Source: Ylistrum balloti
Lineage: Eukaryota
Length of the DNA stretch: 64,000 nucleotides
Direction of reading: 5' to 3'
NCBI RefSeq assembly: GCF_031769215.1
Contig: NW_026782003.1
Location: 2,790,001-2,854,000 of the forward strand
The position numbers and the translations under genes were made by a program. The number at the start of each line of letters is the position of its first letter. The first letter of the stretch is position 1. A model generated the notes under the pieces. It saw only the letters and a program-made list of their open reading frames with translations. It did not search any database and had not been told where the DNA came from. Positions 47,401 through 59,990 of this stretch are shown piece after piece.

Positions 47401-49704
47401 TAGGAAAGTTAAATAAAAAATATACCATTATTTATTTTCTTTATTTCAACAAATATTTGTTATCTCATGCATGTGTTAGCCCTGAATTGTAAGACTTCCT
47501 AATTCCATTCCAGTTCCAGTGCTACCAGACAAAGTCTTAATTTCTTTCCTCTGGCAACTCTAGGGCCTATGATAATTTGATTATGAATAACTGTTTAACC
47601 GATGCTAGTTTTTCATATAGTATATTACACTGAAGAAATTCTATATTCAAACTAAATTCCAATATCATACCAGGCCATTATGAATTGAACAATACTGGCT
47701 TGAATGTCTAGAATCTAGAATGGTACATAAATCAACTAATTGCTCATTATTACAGACTTCTGAGATTCCAATGCTATTACATATAACTGCTTGTATTACT
47801 AACATAATTATCCTCTTCATTCCACTGCTGTATCATTCAACTGCTTCGTTACATAGCCACTACATTGCACTGCTGCAACATATACCTGCTGTATAACTTA
47901 GCCCTGACATTCCAATATTGTGTTATACTACTGCTATATATACAGTTGTGGTAATGCATAACACACCTAAAACCTTTGTATGCACAACATAATGTGTGCA
48001 CACACTCACTATACAGTATCTAGTGCTCAAACATTTTGTAGTTTTGTAAAAATTGTTGACTATTATTACAGATTGAAAATTAAGTGAAAAAATTTATTAA
48101 TAGCTACAAAGGTATATCAACATTGATCAGTAATTATAGAAAGTCTTTTTTCAATACAACAGTTTTCGCAATAACACTTAACCATGCATTATTTAGTCTT
48201 TCCATCAGATAGTTTTACACTTCGGTGTGCCACGAGCAACAAAAATTACCTGTATACAGGTAATTATCCTGCAACTGGCACTGCCATTGTTGGAATACAC
48301 CTGCCACATATATTTTCGCTGTATTTTGCTGTGACGGAAAACAGCTGTATTATGTTTAACAATAATCATAACTGATAAAATAAGCAATTTTATATTGTAA
48401 TGAACAATTTTATTTTAAAAAATTCATAAAATTGCTGTCACATCTGTTGAAGTTTGGAACTATATTTTGGTGCAAAGCAATTATTTTGCCATACCTCATC
48501 AGGTAAAATTCATGGTAATATCAACATCAGGTAAGTAAAGATTGAACAACAAGAAGTTTTGATTGCTGAATTTAGGTCAATATTGCAAGATAAATAGAAT
48601 ATAAGCTGTATTTTAGCTCTGGACAGAAAGACAAAAGTGGCAAGCTTTTGTCTTCCTTCACCTTCGCCAAAATTCAGGTTATATTTTAACATACTGACCA
48701 TGTATTATCTCTAAGTTAACAAAATAATAGAAAAATGAGAGTAACACAGAGGTAATGAAAAAAAAATATTCCTGAACCACTGTATGAGATTTTAACTATT
48801 TTAAGAATTTATATCCCCTGTGCTGTATAACTGCTCAATAATATATCCTTAGGTAGCAGTTTCTCGGTGTGGCCATGGGTGACATTTTTGTTATTTAGAT
48901 TACCCTATTATAAAGGTTTGAATTAAAATTTTAAAAAATAAATCATTGCTAAAATTGGTCTTGTCATGTTTAATTGGACAATGTGGGGTTTCATTTTTTT
49001 CAGAATAATATTTTAGCTTTGTGTTTGAGATTTCAATTTGGGCAGTCTCGAATCTGTGTCTACGCACAAAAAACTAGCTTTACAGGAAGTCAAATTTTCA
49101 TAGTGTTTAGATGTGGTCATATTGTGAAGGATTTCCATGCTGTGTTGGAATTTGCTGAAATGTAAGTAATTTATTACCATGACAGTGTTGTTGATTTTAA
49201 GACAGGTCTTCAGAAATAAATTTCTTCTATAAAGTTACAGTGTTCGGTTGGAATAAGCAGTATTGTTTTGCATTTTAAGCATTTTTTTTAGTTGGTAACC
49301 ATGGCAATCACATGTCAGAAATCAGAGAAATGTTTTGATTTACACAAATTTTATCTCTCTACTATTAATGTAATGGTTATGTAGTTTGTAAATATATATA
49401 TATATGTAATTATGTGTTTTTCATAATTTCAGGAAAAATGCAAATTAACTGTTTCCTGCTACCTTAACATCCCAATGCTGTATCATGCAACTGCCTTTTA
49501 TAGCATATATACCCTGACATCCCAAAGTTGTACTGTACAAATGCTTAATATCTAAGATGTACTCTTGGCATTCAGATTTCAATGCTGCACCATACAACTA
49601 CTATAACATACCCCTGGCATTCCAATGCTACGCCGCACAACTGCACCAATATCCTCCTTCTGTTCCTCAGCATACACATCCTGTTTTACAGTTTTGACCG
49701 ACAT
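41445..49704 (-). CDS. PIR: Pirin paralog C (divergent), 8 coding exons, 291 aa
   Basis: Exons 49612-49704 (MSVKTVKQDVYAEEQKEDIGAVVRRSIGMPG), 47307-47399, 46052-46132, 45175-45381, 44762-44891, 44451-44536, 42206-42272, 41445-41563. Exon sizes 93/93/81/207/130/86/67 match A and B. All introns are GT-AG; DHPH and HCE are intact. Confidence 0.95.
41985..42200. repeat. 34-bp tandem repeat (about 6 units) abutting the PIR-C exon 7 donor
   Basis: Unit gacacttgccaaatttcagatcaataaaaatatt, with starts at 42061, 42095 and 42129. Confidence 0.9.
42415..42665 (+). mobile_element. Terminal fragment of a Helitron/MITE-like non-autonomous element
   Basis: gagaagaag-containing subunits, a (gacg)-like microsatellite, then a short imperfect hairpin ggtcatcagacccttcggtcagacgatg and aaaaa. 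This resembles ends of common bivalve elements (from recall). Confidence 0.5.
42686..44430. repeat. 51-bp minisatellite, about 34 units, filling PIR-C intron 6
   Basis: Unit gataatattcctcacataatatactactacacactataacaggttagctat, with starts at 42686 and 42737. The array ends about 20 nt from the exon 6 donor. Confidence 0.97.
46270..47100 (+). mobile_element. Decayed 3' fragment of an REL-endonuclease non-LTR retrotransposon (HERO-like) in PIR-C intron 2, antisense to the gene
   Basis: Broken + frames give QVIQKEVQRVEE, EPFRISFML*SLYDTL (46595), HILSGCK (46687-46707), TTLMPDI (46795-46815), VDLKVLCEEGC and GVTGGDRSAAIRCLE. The order matches recalled HERO ORF C-termini. Confidence 0.6.
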
Positions 49705-50804
49705 CTCGGGTAATGTTCTACTCTCACTAATTACTTTTTACTTGATGTACTGTCACAAGCATTCTCTGTCTCACAAACTCAATCTCTCTCGTAAAAGAAT
49801 TCTTACAACTGATGAGGAGTGACAGTGGAACACCTGCAATAAATCAAACAAATATTTAGATAACTTTAGTATAGACTTCAGTTCTTCAGTATACATGTAT
49901 GTAAGTGATGGTATCTTCAAGTTAGTAATGTCAATGGAATAGTAGCTCTTATAACACAACCAGTAGAAGATTTGAATGTGATGAGGACAAGGAAGACCAC
50001 ATACTCTCACACATGTATGAGTAGGTGTTAACAAATATAGTCGAACTGACTACAGTACATTATTATTTTCAGTACAGTCGAAAAAGTTGGTTGATTTCAC
50101 AAGGAATGTCAGTGCTAGTACATTTCACTTTGGTCATTTGTCTGATGAAGGTGACCATGTAGTCATCAAAACACCACACTCAAATCTTCTACTGGTTGCA
50201 TGTGTTATAAAAATCTTCCATTTTTCTACCGTAATATCTAAGAACTGGCGTAATTACATAATTCTATAATATGTTATACCACTGTGTCATTTCCAGAAAA
50301 TATTTGGTGTCAAAAAAAGGCATAAAATAGTATCTCTTATTCATCATTAACATAAAAAATTTCAACTTTTATACTTTCGTTGTATAGAAAACTGTAACTC
50401 TCCAGAACCACAGGCACCTGTGTGTAGCTCTTCAAAGACATTAAAGAGAGTTGCCCCCCTTCCCATGTGTTACAAAAGATAATTATATGGTCCTTAAACC
50501 TGAACCATTACTCCTATTGAGAAACAATCTTCCTCAACCACCCCTTGAAAATTTCATATAGATCAACTTGGGTGAGCAAGATTAAAGTTACCTCCCTTAT
50601 GATTACCCTTATCAAAACACCAATTATCGAAATGAGGACTTGTCATACTGGTAAGCTTACTGTACCATTATGGAGAATAACTGTTGTTATAAACAATTAA
50701 GTGAATTCTTGAATGGTACCTGTAAGTTATACACAATGCGACATGCTCTCGGCCATTACGACATTAGCGTACGTGAAATGAAATCGGCAGCTTCAATTTG
50801 CATT

Positions 50805-50913
50805 TTTTACCCGCGGACATTACATGGAAGGTGAGTTTTTTCCCCAGATTTTTGTGTCAAAAAAGGGGTGCGGACATTACACAGATGCGGACATTACGTG
50901 GGTTTTTACGGTA
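50805..50913 (-). mobile_element. Terminal fragment of a DNA transposon (Tc1/mariner-pogo-like end)
   Basis: Ends in tttacggta (TA-CCGTA terminus on the minus strand) with three subterminal direct repeats gcggacattac. No convincing partner TIR was seen. Confidence 0.45.
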
Positions 50914-53900
50914 TGTCTGTATCACAAATATTGCTTTGGTTAACATAGTATCTCGGTTTTACTTGATTGCAACAAGTTTTCACTTCATTCGTTGATACAA
51001 AAACATATATTATCTATTTATTTATTTTAAAAGAGAGCTCTCATGTATTGCTGTTGCTGTTCTGGAAAATGTTTGCAGTCATTCTGATGCTGCAGAAATT
51101 TGATCACTATAATTTTGATCAAATTGTAGTACAGTATCCTCTATGAGGAATATTATCATAGATAAACTGCTATAGTGTGTTGTAGAATTGATGTGAGGAA
51201 TATTATCATAGATAAATAGTATTAAGTAGTATTTCTAAATTGGAGAAACTAAAAATATGCATATAATACACAAACTGGCCTATTACATGCCACTTGGGTT
51301 GTGGATTTGTTAAAAAAAAAATAGCCAAAATCAATTTAAACTTACCTTTTTCAAATTGTTTGCCTAAGTCACATTTTCTTAATCATAAAACATCATATAG
51401 TACTTTCAGTCTATATGGTCTATGTCACAATAGTACAATCACTATGATGGAAAAAGTTTTTAAATAGCTTGCATTATCAGAATACATATTTTAAACAAAA
51501 TTATTAACCTCATCATAACTACATGTAACTTATTATAATATGTTACAAAAGTTAGTGTTTGAACGATTTCTGCTATTTCAAGTAACAAATTCATACTCAA
51601 ATTGCAGTGTACCTAATGTGTGCCCTGGGAAGAATGAATGTCCTGTAAGTGTCCTGAATCATATTTAGCAACTAGCAGTTCATTAATCAAGATATTTTTA
51701 TGATATTTTTTGTTTTATATACTTTACATGAATGTCTAACAACATGCAAAAGTTCATTCTGGCTCACTGATTGAAAAGTATTGAAATGCACTGTTGAAGT
51801 TAACATGAGCATGTCTAGCAACAAATGAAACATCTTTTTGATTGGCAGATTAAAACATATTGAAATACACTGTTGAAGTTAATGTGTACACATGTCAATG
51901 CAATATACTTACCAGACATGGAGGCGTATAACAGGAAAAAAGACATATTTAACACCCAGCAGTTTGTGTATAAAAGGCCAGCATCATACGCAACTTTGTG
52001 ATTTTCCTCAACCTGATTTTATGTGAGGAATAATATCATTGGTAATTTCCCTCTCACAACGAATTTCAAGTTATGATATTGTAGACTGTGTGTATATAGT
52101 ATTACTCAGTACATAGACCTAACCTTGTCTGTCCATGTGTGTATGTTTACTTCACACCTGAGTGAGAGAGTGGAATGTATGGACATGGAGCACCTGTTAC
52201 TATGCATGCCTCTTGAGCAACCCTCACACACCACAATCCCTCATTCTATCACTTGCAGCGAGGAGAAGTCATACAGCTCCCACTGAGACCTGGTAAGACA
52301 GACTGACCAGTGTGATAGTAATTGTCTATAGTTTAAATCTTTTTATGTGATTCCAATTTTAATTCCATTTGAATGTTTATGTGATAAAATTTGTCACATA
52401 ATATATGTATATCTGTCTCATACATTGTTTATTTATTGCAGTTGTAGGCTTCATGTGAAATAAACCACTAAAGAACCTTCCAGTAAAGTGTCCTTCAATT
52501 AATTTGTTACAATATTTACATCAGAAAAAAATAGTTTTTATGAGAGGAATATTACCGTGGATCACCTATTTGTGTGAGGGATACTATCATGGATAATATA
52601 ACCTGGTTAATATTATACATTACCATGCTCAAGTAGGGGATCACTCTGGAAGCTATCTTGTGTTTCAGCAGTACACAGGTATAAATAACTCCCAATGCTG
52701 TCATTTTATTACAAAAGCTAGAGTCAAAAAGTCGCAACCATTCCCTCTACCGGGCCCCAGCAAAGATGACTAACATACTACAGGCCTTCTTCAGTTGCGT
52801 CTAGAGTAAAATAGGATTGACAGCTAGCTTTAGCTGAATGTGACAAAGCCAAGATGAGTGCACTACATCGCCTACGATACCAATGTAGATAAAAAGACGA
52901 AGGATCTCACAACCAAGATGGACTGTGTAACCTTACGATAGAAATAGCAGCCTACCTTTAGCAGGATATCCCTTGACAGCAAGCACTTACCATTGGGTAT
53001 ATTACGGGTGAAGGTCGCAAGAAGTTTTCTATCTCCGCAAAAAAGAGTTCCAATTTTCCGCTACTTTCGTTTTTACTACGAAGGGACATGGATATATATG
53101 TCTAAGCCTCCAGTTTTGACAGAACTAAATTAATTGACACTTTCAAAAAATGGCATATCAGTGGATAGACGTTTTCTTGCCTTCATGGTGATTAAGGTCG
53201 ATGTTTAACCGGCATGGCAGACGTGGCACGAACATAGCCAGAGACATATGTGTGTTTGAAGTCTCTGGGCATAGCATATACACTGCGTACCACACGGACT
53301 TAACTATCACTTGCCTTTACTATCACAGTGGTTGGATTTACCTACCGTGGTCATTTCATGTATCCAGCACATGTTATTATGGAAGTAAATGAGGACTTGT
53401 TTTTTTTATTTCTATTACTATTAAAAATTGTAAGTTAATATAAAATAAAGCGTTTTCTAGTATCTTGATGCTTTAATTTCCAAAGCAAACAAAATAACTG
53501 CACACTTGCCTTAAAAATATGAAAATCATTAGTCTTTTACTGCACCTTCTGATGTTGTTACTTTTCCTCTATTACAATCAAAGTATCTGGATAAAAGAAA
53601 AATGGGTTGTTCTCCTTTAACTTGCCATACTTAATGAAAATTTAAAAAAATACATTCATGTCCAAAGGTAACTGTAATGTATTGGTGTGCACAACAAATG
53701 AACTTCAGTCTTTTGTAATGTATTGAATGCACAAAAACATAACTCCAATTCACTAGCGTGTGCACTGGAGTTAACCTCACTGCGCAATTAAATTTCAAAA
53801 AATTAAAAGAATTTTTTATGATATCGGTATGTGTAATTTATAGGTATTCTAAATGATATCTAATAAGCACATTGAAGTTCAAATCATGGATCTATACATT

Positions 53901-56566
53901 TATATTGACGATTTATACTCATTAATCTGATACTCCAAATTATATCAGTTAAATGTGAACTATATTCAAAGACAGAAATGTAAATGTAGACAGATTAACA
54001 AATTACTAACTAGCGTGACTCTGAAATATTTAGAGACTTGTATCTTTTATCAAAATGTTGTACATTCTACATATATTAAGCTGAAACCTATCGATATCGA
54101 AATATGACGCTCCCAACCCGTGGCGGTTTGTGTTTCTCAGCAAGCTAAGGAATAGACCGATCTTTGCTGACGTGGTTGTTGTTGCTCTTGAGAACAAGCA
54201 GCGGGCCTTCCGTATACTGTTTAGTGAGGTAACCACTCATTACAACGGGACCCCATTTCAAAACGATCCAGAATTTTCACGGGGCAATAAACTCAGTAAA
54301 ACAAAATTAAGTACATTGTATATTTACTTCATATTTGAAGTGAACATGAGGATGGACTGGAGATAATATCGTAATGTCACGGAGTTCACTACAATAATTC
54401 TCTGAGTGCGATGCCTTGTTCATTACATGTTCACTACTAAGTGAAATTGATGCCAAGTTTAGTTTTCCACCAAATGTACCAAAGTGGACGAATTTTCCCG
54501 TTTTTACCAAGGAAAGAAGGGGGAAAGGTCTTCTATGTTTGTTAACTACATTCTGGTTATGAATTATTTTTAGTAAACGAATATTACGTCATTTGAATTA
54601 ATTTAATTTATCTTTGTTATCAGCTCACCGTTCATATGTTGAATGAATCAAGGACAATTCACTGGGCCATGACCAATTACCATTTATAATGTTCTAAACC
54701 AAAATACTGACAGATCATAAAAAGGATCCGTTGACTATAAATATTAATAAGTCCTAAGTAAGTTCCATTTATCTTTTACTGTGATTTTGAATGTCTGAAG
54801 GAGGATAGGGGGTAACTATATTCCACTCTGAGCTACTTGTTTAAGGGTCGATAGTTGTTCTGTTGAAACACTTATATTTAACGTTTATGTCAAAACGATT
54901 AAGGTCAATCGTTTTAATGACACATATTTAGATTATTCCAAAGAAGTAAGTTTAGTGATTATATCTAGGTTAATTGGTTTTAGTTGAATAATGCAAAAAT
55001 ACCAAACACTTATTATATACACCTAACTTCTGGATTAATATCAATATACAGAGACTGCGATTAAAGAACATTTCATTTACTGGCAAGATAAAAGAAGCTT
55101 ACTGACGAGATACAAACTTAAGATTTCTATACTTATTTCATGAGACACCTTATTGTGTTAAATTCACATTATACTGTACACACATAAAAAGCAGTATTAA
55201 AATCGTGTATAAAAGAGGTGGTTAGCACCAATTTACGTTCATGACGAAAAAAAACCACTTATCTATTTAAATAGAATTGAACCATAAATAAAGACGACAG
55301 TTATGTCGCCACGAGCACAGGGACTTGATATTTCAATTTGGCGAAGGTTATTTTTTAATTCAACATTAACTTGACTAAATCACTTCACCGACATTAAAAA
55401 ACCCTATAAATATAAACAAAGATATAACTTAAACGAATAGATTGATAAACAAATGCATTTTATCGCTGGGCTTCCATCTTCTGATTATCAAATCACGGCC
55501 CTGTGTATGCAATGAAACCGATCCTGGAAACTCTAGTTATTTTACACAATGTTATCGATATCTGCCTGTATCCATTTACTGTTTTAAAAATCGATCACGC
55601 ATACGTAACGCGATACCTAGGCTCGTACCCTGTACATTACTGGTGATTTAAACTTCAGCTTCGACATGAAAGAAAATTATTTCTATACATGTATACAGAA
55701 TGTATACTTAATATAGCCACCACCGTCAAAAGAAAAGAAGCAATGTCTGTTAATAAATAATATTCCTAAATGAATCCCGATCAGAGAAAAAAAAAACCTA
55801 ACCAGTCTTCAGTAAAGTGATATACATGCAAGCTTATGTTTCAAGGTAAAGACTTGTTGATAGATATTAACTACAATCTACCTCACACAGTTTACGTTTA
55901 GATCCATTTAATCAATATATCACAACCCTCTCCGCACAGGCATGCAGGTATGCGCGGGGCATTGTCATCACGATCTGCTATACTGCGAACATACAAACAC
56001 CCCTGAACATAGCAGATCAATACATTTAAAGAGCGGAGCGAGTTGAACCATGACTTCATGGTGACCCGCGTGTATATCGGTGTATGTGCTCCCAAGAGGG
56101 TTGACAATCCGCCAGCTCTAACCAAAGTATTCTCTTTCCCAATACGAATCACGGATGAACCACGCCCTCCAACAGTAGCAAGGCACGGGACAGAGTCCCA
56201 GAGAAGGGATAACGGCACAATTGGTAGGTAACATTTTAAAAACATACTTCAAGTTAAAGTAATTTTTTATGGAATTCATCTGTCGATTAGGATAGATCTA
56301 TGTCTGGCAGTGATCAGGCGAGCAGACTGTAAATCGACGTGTTAACAAATCTCCTTAATTCAATTATACTACTGGTTCAATTATTCACTCGATTACGTTC
56401 GGTAGAGTGCTGTAGATATGCACCTAACTATAATCTGTCTTATTTGTTCGAATTCCTGCAGGTGGTGTCGTATAAAGTATGACACCTGTCTACCCTGGTC
56501 CATATATCACCACAGAACTTTGAAAGGAACTTACTGGCGTGGTGCAGATCGTCTAAAAATTCCAAC

Positions 56567-58546
56567 ATGCCGAAAATGAACGACCCGTTGCAGTGTGGAC
56601 TGTGTTTAAAACGTCACAGAGATCCGCGAATTCTAACCTGTTTCCATAGTTTTTGTCGGGAATGTATAGAAAAGCTTATATCTTCAAAGAAGTACAAAGT
56701 GTCTTTCCCTTGTCCCCTTTGTCAAACGGAAATAGGCATTCCAAAGGCAGGGACCAAGACTTACCCCGAAAACTTCTACATCCGGGCTATTCAGGCCACT
56801 GCAGCATTCTCAACTATCTCTATGTGTGACACTTGTAACAAAACGAAGGAAGAGAGCGCGAGCTCAAGGTGTTTAGAATGCGAATGTAACTACTGTAGCG
56901 CGTGCACAGCCCGCCATTTTGAAACCGAAACAACAAAAGAACACCATCTTATAGAACTGTGCAAACCGGAAACAAAGTCGATAACAAATTTGACTCATAA
57001 AACATTTTGCGAAAAACATAAAAATGAAGAGACGAAATTTTACTGTATGCTCTGCGAGATGCCAGTTTGTAAGGAATGTGTATCAAAAGTGTCTGATCAC
57101 AAAGGGCACCGGTACAAGAGCATCGCAGAAGGCGCCAAGGAAAAGAAAGATCTCATTTCTCCTATTATCAAGAGTATGCACGAGTATTTACCGGTCCTTG
57201 AAGAGTATCTAGAGGACATCAAATCCTCCAAGAAGATGCTTGCTGATTACGCTTCCGACAGCATCAAAGAAATAAAAGCAAGATGCCAGATGCTTCATGA
57301 TGAGATAGAAAAGATTAGTAAATCGTTGGAGGAACAAGTGCAGAAGAATGAAGAGAAGGAGAACCAACGAATGGATAAACACATCCAACTGATAGAAAGA
57401 CTGCTAAAATCTTTGTCGTATACAACAGGATCGTCAGAGGACATCACCAACCTCGCCAGCGACAGCGAATTCGTTCTGATCTGCGCTAAACTGCAGAACA
57501 GGTTCAAGCGGATAAACCAAGAAGTTCCAACTTCCGGTCTTATCAGTTGTGAAAGCAGCAACTTCCACAGTGGGGATATGCAGGGCAAGAATTTGCACGA
57601 AATGATAGGCTATTGTGATGAAACTGATGTAAAGATGCCGTTGTTGCCCATTCCTTGGGGTCTCCGAATGGCTCTATCATTTGAGGTAACTCTTATGTAC
57701 AGTTTTAAGGTTTCCGAATCCATGGACACGATACATGCGATTGCACCCGTATCAGAAAAGGAAGCCTGGATATGTTGTGGATGGGGGACCAACAAGATGG
57801 ATCTGTGGACAAGAGAGGGAGAGAAAAAGAATACGGTAACATTACCTATACAAGTTGATGATATCTGCGTTAAACCTAACGGTGAGATTCTTGTGTCCAG
57901 TTACGACGGTAAGAAGATTGTTAAACTAGACAAAGACCTCAAACCGGCCGATTTCGTAAAGCTGAACTGGTATCCGGGCGGGATGACGTACTCCAAGAAA
58001 AAAGAACTCCTGGTGTGTGCAGTGGACAGCTACGTCACAACACGTTCTAATACGTCACGGCGTATGGTGATACGAATCAAAGATGATGGTACAGTGCTGG
58101 ATCAGATAGAAGATAACGGCTTCAATGAGGTATTCTGCGCCCCCTATCGGCTGTATGAGAACATGATTGGGGACATATGTGTGACAGATCGTGAAGAAAC
58201 TAATGTCAGGGTCACAAGTCTGACGATGGATGGCATCATCAAACAGACATACACCGGTCCGAAAGAGGTAGTCATGAAGAAAGCATTCAATCCGTTTGGC
58301 GTCGTATCGGACAAATATGGTCACGTGATCGTGTCAGACTGGAGTAACCACGCAATTCATTTGTTGGATATAAGTGGTCAGTTCATTGGCTTTCTACTCA
58401 CTGAGAAAAATGGTATCCGAGGACCGAACGCGCTTGCTCTCGACAAAGAAGGTCATCTTTGGGTAGGCGATACAAAGTCAACAGTCTGGGTATTCCAGTA
58501 TCGACGGAAGGCTGATGAGCATGGTTCGTCTAACTCTTCAACCTAG
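56567..58546 (+). CDS. TRIM-NHL E3 ubiquitin ligase-like protein (RING, B-box1, B-box2, coiled coil, NHL-type beta-propeller), 659 aa, single coding exon
   Basis: C3HC4 RING CGLC..CFHSFCREC..CPLC; B-box CDTC..CLEC..CSAC..H..H; B-box CEKH..YCMLCEMPVCKEC..H..H; C-terminal PFGVVSD..IVSDW and GPNALALD..LWVGD repeats. An upstream acceptor cctgcAG| at 56461 is followed by an in-frame TGA before the ATG. Confidence 0.93.
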   Translation: MPKMNDPLQCGLCLKRHRDPRILTCFHSFCRECIEKLISSKKYKVSFPCPLCQTEIGIPKAGTKTYPENFYIRAIQATAAFSTISMCDTCNKTKEESASSRCLECECNYCSACTARHFETETTKEHHLIELCKPETKSITNLTHKTFCEKHKNEETKFYCMLCEMPVCKECVSKVSDHKGHRYKSIAEGAKEKKDLISPIIKSMHEYLPVLEEYLEDIKSSKKMLADYASDSIKEIKARCQMLHDEIEKISKSLEEQVQKNEEKENQRMDKHIQLIERLLKSLSYTTGSSEDITNLASDSEFVLICAKLQNRFKRINQEVPTSGLISCESSNFHSGDMQGKNLHEMIGYCDETDVKMPLLPIPWGLRMALSFEVTLMYSFKVSESMDTIHAIAPVSEKEAWICCGWGTNKMDLWTREGEKKNTVTLPIQVDDICVKPNGEILVSSYDGKKIVKLDKDLKPADFVKLNWYPGGMTYSKKKELLVCAVDSYVTTRSNTSRRMVIRIKDDGTVLDQIEDNGFNEVFCAPYRLYENMIGDICVTDREETNVRVTSLTMDGIIKQTYTGPKEVVMKKAFNPFGVVSDKYGHVIVSDWSNHAIHLLDISGQFIGFLLTEKNGIRGPNALALDKEGHLWVGDTKSTVWVFQYRRKADEHGSSNSST

Positions 58547-59710
58547 TGCAATATCGGAAGTGCCATCTGGCGGTGCTGTACACATGTTTGTTCATTACAT
58601 TAAATGTTGTGTGCAATTTTTCATAGACATTTTGGTATAGCGTGGCTTTTTAACTGAGCGAATAATTGTGTGAATATTGAATGTGATATGTATATATGTT
58701 ATAAGTGTGACATTCCGTCTATGGTTTTTCGAAGCTGTGTCTGCAGTAGAATTAGCAGTACAATATATATCTTCAATGCATTGTAGATCACTATAACTAG
58801 TTCTGGTCTGATTAAACTATGTAGACTATAAGGTATGACGAGGTTGAGGACACAGAGGGCCGTCAAGACGTGTCGAGTGTTACACTTCTGTCACAATACT
58901 AGGTACACATATCACATCGGAATGAAACTAGATTCACGAGCTATGTCACACATAAAAAACAAATCTTGAAAAATTGAGTTTTATATAAAAGAGAGAAAAA
59001 ATAATGAAACACGGAATTTATTTTGCTTTCGGTACTTTCCATATAAATCTATATTTATGTCAGTAAGTTGACATTATGATATCTATATGCTAATCTGATC
59101 TATAATACACACACACAACCTACACTAAGCTGTCTATTGTCTTTATAGCAGTGATAATATCAGAACGTTATACAGGCAGACAATGCTTTCCTACCAAGGT
59201 ATGTGTGTGTACCGACATCGTTATATATGTAATGCAAAATATAAGCTTAAAGAATTAACTGAAAACAGTATAATTCTTTTCAACTTTAAGTAAACTCACA
59301 ATACCGACTTTGGAAAAATGGCGTACGAAATATGTGTTGAAATATATATATATAATATCTTATACACGTGACCTAAACGTTTTGTGATATAAACCGACGG
59401 CAAGTTGACTAAGCGTAGGTAAATGAGTATTGGTTTTTAAACCATTTGTGATTAAAGACGACGGGTGTAGTCGGTAACCGATAGTGCTACTTGAGAACCA
59501 TTGATGATTAGAATAATATAGATGTGAGAATAGACTGGAAACGGATATCAGTGACATACATACACTAAATGAACTATTTATAAATAGTTTTACAAGATTA
59601 CAGGGAACTGGTACGAACAATTACAATAGGCAAAACTCATGCTGGATCACAGGGTCCTGGCACAATGTCTAACCCCATTTCCTGTTTATATATATAATTA
59701 CATATATATT

Positions 59711-59720
<10 letters not shown>

Positions 59721-59772
<52 letters not shown>

Positions 59773-59890
59773 GTTGGGGGAGGGTGGGTGGTGGATGTGT
59801 GTGGTGGTGTGTGGATGTGTGTTGGAGGGTGGGGAGCGGGGGAGGGAGTGTGTGAGGGTGGATGTGTGTGGTGGTGTGTGGATGTGTGTA
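59721..59890. repeat. (TG)24 microsatellite followed by a degenerate G/T-rich tract
   Basis: Perfect TG run 59721-59768, then ggggagggtgggtggtgg... repeats. Confidence 0.95.
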
Positions 59891-59990
59891 CTCATTATGG
59901 CCATGTGGCCAGGGTATATGGTGACACAGCTAGTCTTTGTGTCGAACTGCTGATAATGAGATTTTTAATCAATATCACTTTTGGTTCCAT

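Noticed and set aside
1367-49704. Selenocysteine, readthrough or non-canonical (GC-AG, AT-AC) introns in the pirins
   Set aside because: All three assemble with canonical GT-AG introns and no in-frame stops.
54085-54366. Open + frame KYDAPNPWRFVFLSK... with a donor-like GAG|GTAACC
   Set aside because: No family recognised and no partner exons; possibly a decayed transposon.
57024-58324. Short overlapping ORFs within the TRIM gene
   Set aside because: Shadow frames of a long coding sequence, with no motifs.
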